From an uncultured Nitrospiraceae bacterium (lineage in GTDB: Bacteria > Nitrospirota > Nitrospiria > Nitrospirales > Nitrospiraceae), in the NCBI GenBank assembly GCA_963706325.1, contig CAVPLT010000004.1:320001-384000 (forward strand): DNA of 64,000 nt, written 5' to 3'. Below, piece by piece: positions 59,417 through 64,000 of the stretch (its first letter is position 1; each line of letters begins with the position of its first letter). The translations under genes and the position numbers were made by a program. A model generated the notes under the pieces. The model saw nothing but the letters and a program-made list of their open reading frames with translations, was not told the DNA's origin and searched no databases.

Positions 59417-60237
59417 AGTTCCCATCAGCCCGGTCTATGCTGGCGATTGAGACGGCGACGGCTTGGCAAAGTGTCGCGCTCATGCAAGACGAGCGGGTGC
59501 TTGCCCTGGCCGAGCAGGATGCCGACGGCTCGCACGCGCGTTCGTTGATGGGCGCCATCGATCGAGTCTTGCGGGAAAGCGGTTTCCATATCCGGGATGT
59601 GCAGCACCTGGCGGTCTCGATCGGGCCTGGATCGTTCACAGGATTGCGCGTGGGGCTTGCCACAATGTTGGGTTTCCGCGCTGTCTTGGGGACTGCTATC
59701 GTGCCGGTGCCGACCCTGGAGGCCATGGCGTGGAATCTGCGCGGGAGACAGGGGCTCTTGGTGCCGGTCCTCAAGAGTCGGCACAATGAAGTCTATTGGG
59801 CCGCTTACGAGTGGCTGCCGGATTCAATCCTTCATACCCGAATTGCCGAGCAGGTGGGACCTCCCGCTACCGTCGCGCAGGCGCTACAAGGCGCCGAGAC
59901 TGCGACGTTGTTTGGAGATGGGTGGCAGGCCTATGGGGCTGACATTCGCCAGGCCATCGAATCGGTTGGCGGCAACATTCAGGAGGTGGCGCCGGAACAG
60001 CAGCGTTCCTCGGCCGTCGGTGTGGCTTTGGCCGCCCGGCGACGCCTTGAAAGTGGATGGGTGCCGGAAGTGAGTATCGTCCCGCTGTATGTGCAGCGCA
60101 CCGAAGCCGAAATAAAGTTCGATGAGCAGCAGGGGGTCTCGGCGTTGGAGCGGCGGCGAGAACGGGTGGCCAAGAAGATGGCGCAGGGTCGGCGGCAAGG
60201 CAGTCGGGAAGGTGGTAAGCCACGTGCAAAGAAGTAA
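59413..60237 (+). CDS. tsaB: tRNA threonylcarbamoyladenosine biosynthesis protein TsaB
   Basis: LAIETAT, GPGSFTGLRVG, VPTLEA, PLYV. Confidence 0.92.
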   Translation: MKFPSARSMLAIETATAWQSVALMQDERVLALAEQDADGSHARSLMGAIDRVLRESGFHIRDVQHLAVSIGPGSFTGLRVGLATMLGFRAVLGTAIVPVPTLEAMAWNLRGRQGLLVPVLKSRHNEVYWAAYEWLPDSILHTRIAEQVGPPATVAQALQGAETATLFGDGWQAYGADIRQAIESVGGNIQEVAPEQQRSSAVGVALAARRRLESGWVPEVSIVPLYVQRTEAEIKFDEQQGVSALERRRERVAKKMAQGRRQGSREGGKPRAKK

Positions 60238-60254
60238 AAAAACTGCGACCACCT

Positions 60255-60800
60255 ATGCTGAAAAATAGTGACAGAATGACTCCGGACAGGGTGACGATTG
60301 AGCCGGCGACCGCGGAGGCGCTTGATGAGGTGTGGGCCATCGAACAGGCTTGCTTCTCTGCCCCCTGGACGCGCAAAATGTTGGCAGCTGAACTGTCTGG
60401 GAATCCATTTGCGCACTTCCTGCTGGCGAAGTGCCCCGATCCGCTGTCGGGGCCCCTCGTCATTGCAGGCTATTTTTGTTTTTGGATCGTCTTTGAAGAA
60501 GTGCGGTTGATGAACCTGGCGGTGCTGGCTCCCTTTCGTCGGCAAGGCGTCGCGACGCGGCTGGTCTGTAGGGCGCTGCGAACGGGGTTAGAGCGTGGGG
60601 CGAATCGGGCGATGCTGGAGGTTCGGATGTCGAATCAGGAGGCGCTGACGCTCTATGATCGGCTCGGGTTTCGGCACACGGCCACCAGGACTCGCTACTA
60701 CACACAGCCTGATGAAGATGCGGTGCTGATGGAGATGGCGCCGCTTCAATTAGGGATGCTTTGCGAGCCGCCAGTCGAGAGCACGGCTGGAGCCGAGTAA
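60255..60800 (+). CDS. rimI: Ribosomal protein S18 alanine N-acetyltransferase
   Basis: IEQACF..PW, NLAV...RRQG, LEVR.SN..A..LY...GF..R.RYY...EDA. Confidence 0.9.
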   Translation: MLKNSDRMTPDRVTIEPATAEALDEVWAIEQACFSAPWTRKMLAAELSGNPFAHFLLAKCPDPLSGPLVIAGYFCFWIVFEEVRLMNLAVLAPFRRQGVATRLVCRALRTGLERGANRAMLEVRMSNQEALTLYDRLGFRHTATRTRYYTQPDEDAVLMEMAPLQLGMLCEPPVESTAGAE

Positions 60801-60846
60801 CAGGATAACTGTCAATGGTCCGGTGTAGTCACCCAGGAGGTGCGAT

Positions 60847-61062
60847 ATGCAGGCTGAGACTGCGATCACTGATCGGTTACGGCAATCCAACACAGAATTC
60901 AGAACCCTTGAAGCGTCCCACCATCGCCTCGATACGGAGTTGGCGGATTTACAGCGACGACATGTCCTGACCCCTGCCGAAGAAGTGCTGAAGAAACAGT
61001 TACAAAAAGAAAAACTGGCCGCGAAAGACAGAATGGCCGAACTCATTCGCACCTCGCGTTAG
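60847..61062 (+). CDS. DUF465/YdcH-like small protein
   Basis: AGGAGG RBS; F..L...H..LD...LT..EE...L.KEKL..KD. Confidence 0.75.
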   Translation: MQAETAITDRLRQSNTEFRTLEASHHRLDTELADLQRRHVLTPAEEVLKKQLQKEKLAAKDRMAELIRTSR

Positions 61063-61132
61063 CGAGTGCCGGAGGGTTCCCCGGGGCCGGCCCCATCGCG
61101 GTGACCGGGAGCCTGACCATCGATCCAAATAC

Positions 61133-61906
61133 GTGATGCTCGCACCACTGGCCGCCCATATTCAGTCGCTCAAGAAGCGGCTACTGATCATCGCGGTGAC
61201 ATTGGGTGTCGCGTTCGCGACGGCCTTTGCCTACTCCTCAGAGATGGTCGCCTGGCTCAATCGCCCATTCCCTAACCAGCTTGTGTTCTATGGACCTACC
61301 GAAGCGCTGTTTGCGTCCATTAAAGTGTCGTTCCTGGCGGGCATCATCCTGAGCCTGCCGATGATTTTTTATCACGTGTGGAAGTTCATTGCTCCGGCGT
61401 TGCTTCCCAAAGAGCAGCGTTGGGCGATTCCCTTGTTTCTACTCGCCGCCTTTCTGTTTGGGCTGGGGCTGGTATTTTGTAACCTCGTGATCCTACCGCT
61501 GGTCATCGACTTCTTCGTCAGCTTCGGTATGGATCGCGATATTACCCCGGCGTTGGGCGTCGGTACGTATATCGATTTTAACGTCAAATTCCTTCTGATC
61601 TTCGGCTGCGCCTTCGAGTTGCCGCTGGTCCTGACCTTGTTGGCGCGGGCCGGCATCGTTTCGTCGGCGACGCTGGCGCATTATCGCAAACATGCCATCA
61701 TGGCAGCGCTGATCATTTCAGCCATCATCACACCGGATGCCACGTTGTTCACCATGCTGCTGATGGCGGTGCCACTGATGGTGCTGTATGAGATCGGCAT
61801 TATCGGCGCGAAGATATTTGGGCGGGCAGCCGGGCCGACGACCGGCATGAATTTGCCGCTGGATCCTGATATACCGATAGGGACTGCCGGCCATCGAGTC
61901 CGTTAA
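61133..61906 (+). CDS. tatC: Twin-arginine translocase subunit TatC
   Basis: PTEA, WKFIAPAL..E, FELP, AIITP D, LYEIG. Confidence 0.9.
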   Translation: MMLAPLAAHIQSLKKRLLIIAVTLGVAFATAFAYSSEMVAWLNRPFPNQLVFYGPTEALFASIKVSFLAGIILSLPMIFYHVWKFIAPALLPKEQRWAIPLFLLAAFLFGLGLVFCNLVILPLVIDFFVSFGMDRDITPALGVGTYIDFNVKFLLIFGCAFELPLVLTLLARAGIVSSATLAHYRKHAIMAALIISAIITPDATLFTMLLMAVPLMVLYEIGIIGAKIFGRAAGPTTGMNLPLDPDIPIGTAGHRVR

Positions 61907-61942
61907 CGTATCGCCAACGATGTGCGTAAGGAGGGTCCGGCC

Positions 61943-63019
61943 ATGACGCGTCACCTACTGGTCTTGACGGCACTGGCCCTTGGTTGTCTGCAGGGAATCG
62001 CTCACGGAGTGTCGGCTCCGAGCGGGAACGCAGGCAGTGGTGCTCCGGGGCTGGAGCAGGCTCACCCCGGCGCAGATCCTGCCGGACCGGCCGATATCGG
62101 TAATACGAGTATTCAGGCGTTAGCCGTTGGAACCGGAGGAGTCGTCTATGCGGGGTCATTCGGGATGGGCATTTTTCGAAGCGCGGATCGAGGCGATACC
62201 TGGTCGTCGGTCAACGACGGACTGACGGATCCCTTCGTGCTCTGTCTCACCACGGCGAAAGACGGCGCCATTTATGCGGGCACGTTTCGCGGTGGTGTGT
62301 TCCGGTCGCGTGACGCGGGTAAGAGCTGGCACCCGGTCAACAAAGGACTCAAGCGTTTGGAAATCAAAGCATTGATGATGGATTCGAAAGGGCTGTATGC
62401 CGGTACTGGCGACGGCGTGTATCTGCTGAATGCCGCGCAGGATCAATGGAAAGTCGTGACCACCGGCCTGGATGAGATTTTGGTGCATGCGCTGGCGCGG
62501 ACCACCGACGGCACCTTGTACGCCGGCACCTCCGGCAAAGGGATCCATAGTTACAAGGAGCGCACGCCCGGATGGACGCGTCTCCGGCAAGGATTGCGTG
62601 ATCATGAAGGATTGGTGGAGAACTTTATCCGCGTGCTGGCGGTGGACAAGGAACAGGGCGTGTATGCCGGCACGTTCGACGGCGGCGTCTTTCGCAGCGG
62701 CGACGGCGGAAAGACCTGGTTGCCGATCAGCCGGGCCTTGCCGAACGATTCGATTCGCGGGCTCATCAGCAACGACCGTGGGGTCTACGTGGCGACGGGC
62801 CGGGGAATTTTTAAATCCGTCGACAAAGGCAGGCAATGGATGCCTTTGAATAAGGGACTCGGCAATTTGTCGATACAAGTGCTGATCGAGGGCGAAAAAG
62901 GCGGCTTCTACGCCGGCACCAGTTCAGGCGTCTTTCGCAGCGATGATGATGGCCTCACCTGGACGGCGGTGAGTCAAGGGTTGGAAGGGGAAACTATAGC
63001 GCCCTTCCGATTTAACTGA
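61943..63019 (+). CDS. Exported beta-propeller protein (BNR/Asp-box repeats)
   Basis: Repeats YAGT..GVFRS.D.G.TW. Confidence 0.85.
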   Translation: MTRHLLVLTALALGCLQGIAHGVSAPSGNAGSGAPGLEQAHPGADPAGPADIGNTSIQALAVGTGGVVYAGSFGMGIFRSADRGDTWSSVNDGLTDPFVLCLTTAKDGAIYAGTFRGGVFRSRDAGKSWHPVNKGLKRLEIKALMMDSKGLYAGTGDGVYLLNAAQDQWKVVTTGLDEILVHALARTTDGTLYAGTSGKGIHSYKERTPGWTRLRQGLRDHEGLVENFIRVLAVDKEQGVYAGTFDGGVFRSGDGGKTWLPISRALPNDSIRGLISNDRGVYVATGRGIFKSVDKGRQWMPLNKGLGNLSIQVLIEGEKGGFYAGTSSGVFRSDDDGLTWTAVSQGLEGETIAPFRFN

Positions 63020-63036
63020 GCAGGAAAGGATATGAG

Positions 63037-63546
63037 ATGACGGCACAACCGGGTTCCACACAAGCGACCATCAGCGTGACATCGAAGAATGAGCCGTGGG
63101 GCCAGATCGTGCTCCGCTTGTTCGCCGACGTCGCGCCTAACCATGTGAAGAATTTTGTCGATCTGGCGAAGCAGGGGTTCTACGACGGCACCACGTTCCA
63201 CCGAGTGATTCCGGGGTTTATGATCCAGGGCGGCGATCCGAACAGCAAGAATTCAGACCGAGGCTCGCATGGCATGGGCGGTCCGGGGCACAAGGTGAAG
63301 GCGGAGTTCAGCAGCAAGCCGCACAAGCGCGGCACCGTGTCCATGGCGCGCGCGAATGATCCGGACAGCGCGGGATCACAGTTTTTTATCTGCGTGAACG
63401 ACGCGAATTTTTTGGATTGGCAATATACGGTCTTCGGAGAAGTGCAGAGCGGCCTGGAAGTCGTCGATAAGGTGGTCGGGGTCAAGCGCGACGGGCGGGA
63501 CAATCCATTGGAGCGCGTCGAAATGACGGTGACGATCACCGAATAG
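63037..63546 (+). CDS. Cyclophilin-type peptidyl-prolyl isomerase
   Basis: FYDGTTFHRVIPGFMIQGGDP, SMAR..PDSAGSQFFI, YTVFG. Confidence 0.95.
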   Translation: MTAQPGSTQATISVTSKNEPWGQIVLRLFADVAPNHVKNFVDLAKQGFYDGTTFHRVIPGFMIQGGDPNSKNSDRGSHGMGGPGHKVKAEFSSKPHKRGTVSMARANDPDSAGSQFFICVNDANFLDWQYTVFGEVQSGLEVVDKVVGVKRDGRDNPLERVEMTVTITE

Positions 63547-63586
63547 CGTGAGGGTATGCCGTGAAGTGCCAGGAGCGCATATCGCA

Positions 63587-64000
63587 ATGAGCGTAGCCCG
63601 GCTCTTCCTGCGCTTCACGTGTCACGTTTTACTAGGGATAGTCCCGTGCCTCTGGGTTGCCGGCTGCGCCATTCCGCAAGTGCCCTCACGCACGGTGTAT
63701 GAAGATCCCGTCAACTTTGTCAGACTTGAAATAGATGACAATGTGCTGCCGGAATGGCCGCCTGGCCATTTCAGCCATCCAGTTCGCCTGTCGCCCGTGC
63801 AGGTGCGGCGAGTCCTCATGGGGCTCACGGTACAGGAGCATCGAGCCGCGGTGCAACGCTGGATTGGTGACGACTCACGGCGGCTTCCGATGTTTCACGA
63901 TGCGGAGATTGTGACGCTGGTGCCGCAGTTGGTGGAAGCGCTACGCATGGCTCGTGACAACGAGCGCGTGACGTACTATATGAGCCAGCCGCAAACGTCG
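63587..64000 (+). CDS. Lipoprotein, runs off the window end
   Basis: AGGAG RBS; lipobox VAGC; frame open to end. Confidence 0.6.
   Translation, partial: MSVARLFLRFTCHVLLGIVPCLWVAGCAIPQVPSRTVYEDPVNFVRLEIDDNVLPEWPPGHFSHPVRLSPVQVRRVLMGLTVQEHRAAVQRWIGDDSRRLPMFHDAEIVTLVPQLVEALRMARDNERVTYYMSQPQTS

Overview
Bacterial chromosomal window; the gene repertoire and an intergenic inverted-repeat element suggest Nitrospira (inference). Two intact housekeeping flanks (1-22.2 kb: glyS, ppdK, ribD, ribE, acs, lipoprotein cluster; 46-64 kb: gpgS-like, decarboxylase, rlmI-like, OPT, radA, tsaB, rimI, tatC, cyclophilin) enclose a partly AT-richer, partly decayed accessory region (~22.3-46 kb). The most striking element lies at ~24.9-39.9 kb. 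It begins with a sigma54 activator and a sigma54-type promoter. The operon that follows encodes a DUF3467-like protein, a GDCDD transglutaminase-like cysteine enzyme, a repeat-rich acidic protein with LxG motifs and basic amphipathic helices, and three small beta-rich proteins that look like single jelly-roll capsid/penton proteins. It ends in an array of four unrelated hydrolases (HEXXH+OmpA-like, papain/C39-like, M35-like, lysozyme-like) that lack signal peptides but all start with a shared MY-x(3-6)-[G/A]LG tag. No packaging ATPase, replication gene or integrase is recognisable. Hypothesis: a domesticated tailless-virus-derived particle that packages protein cargo. All fold and family assignments are by eye and unverified.
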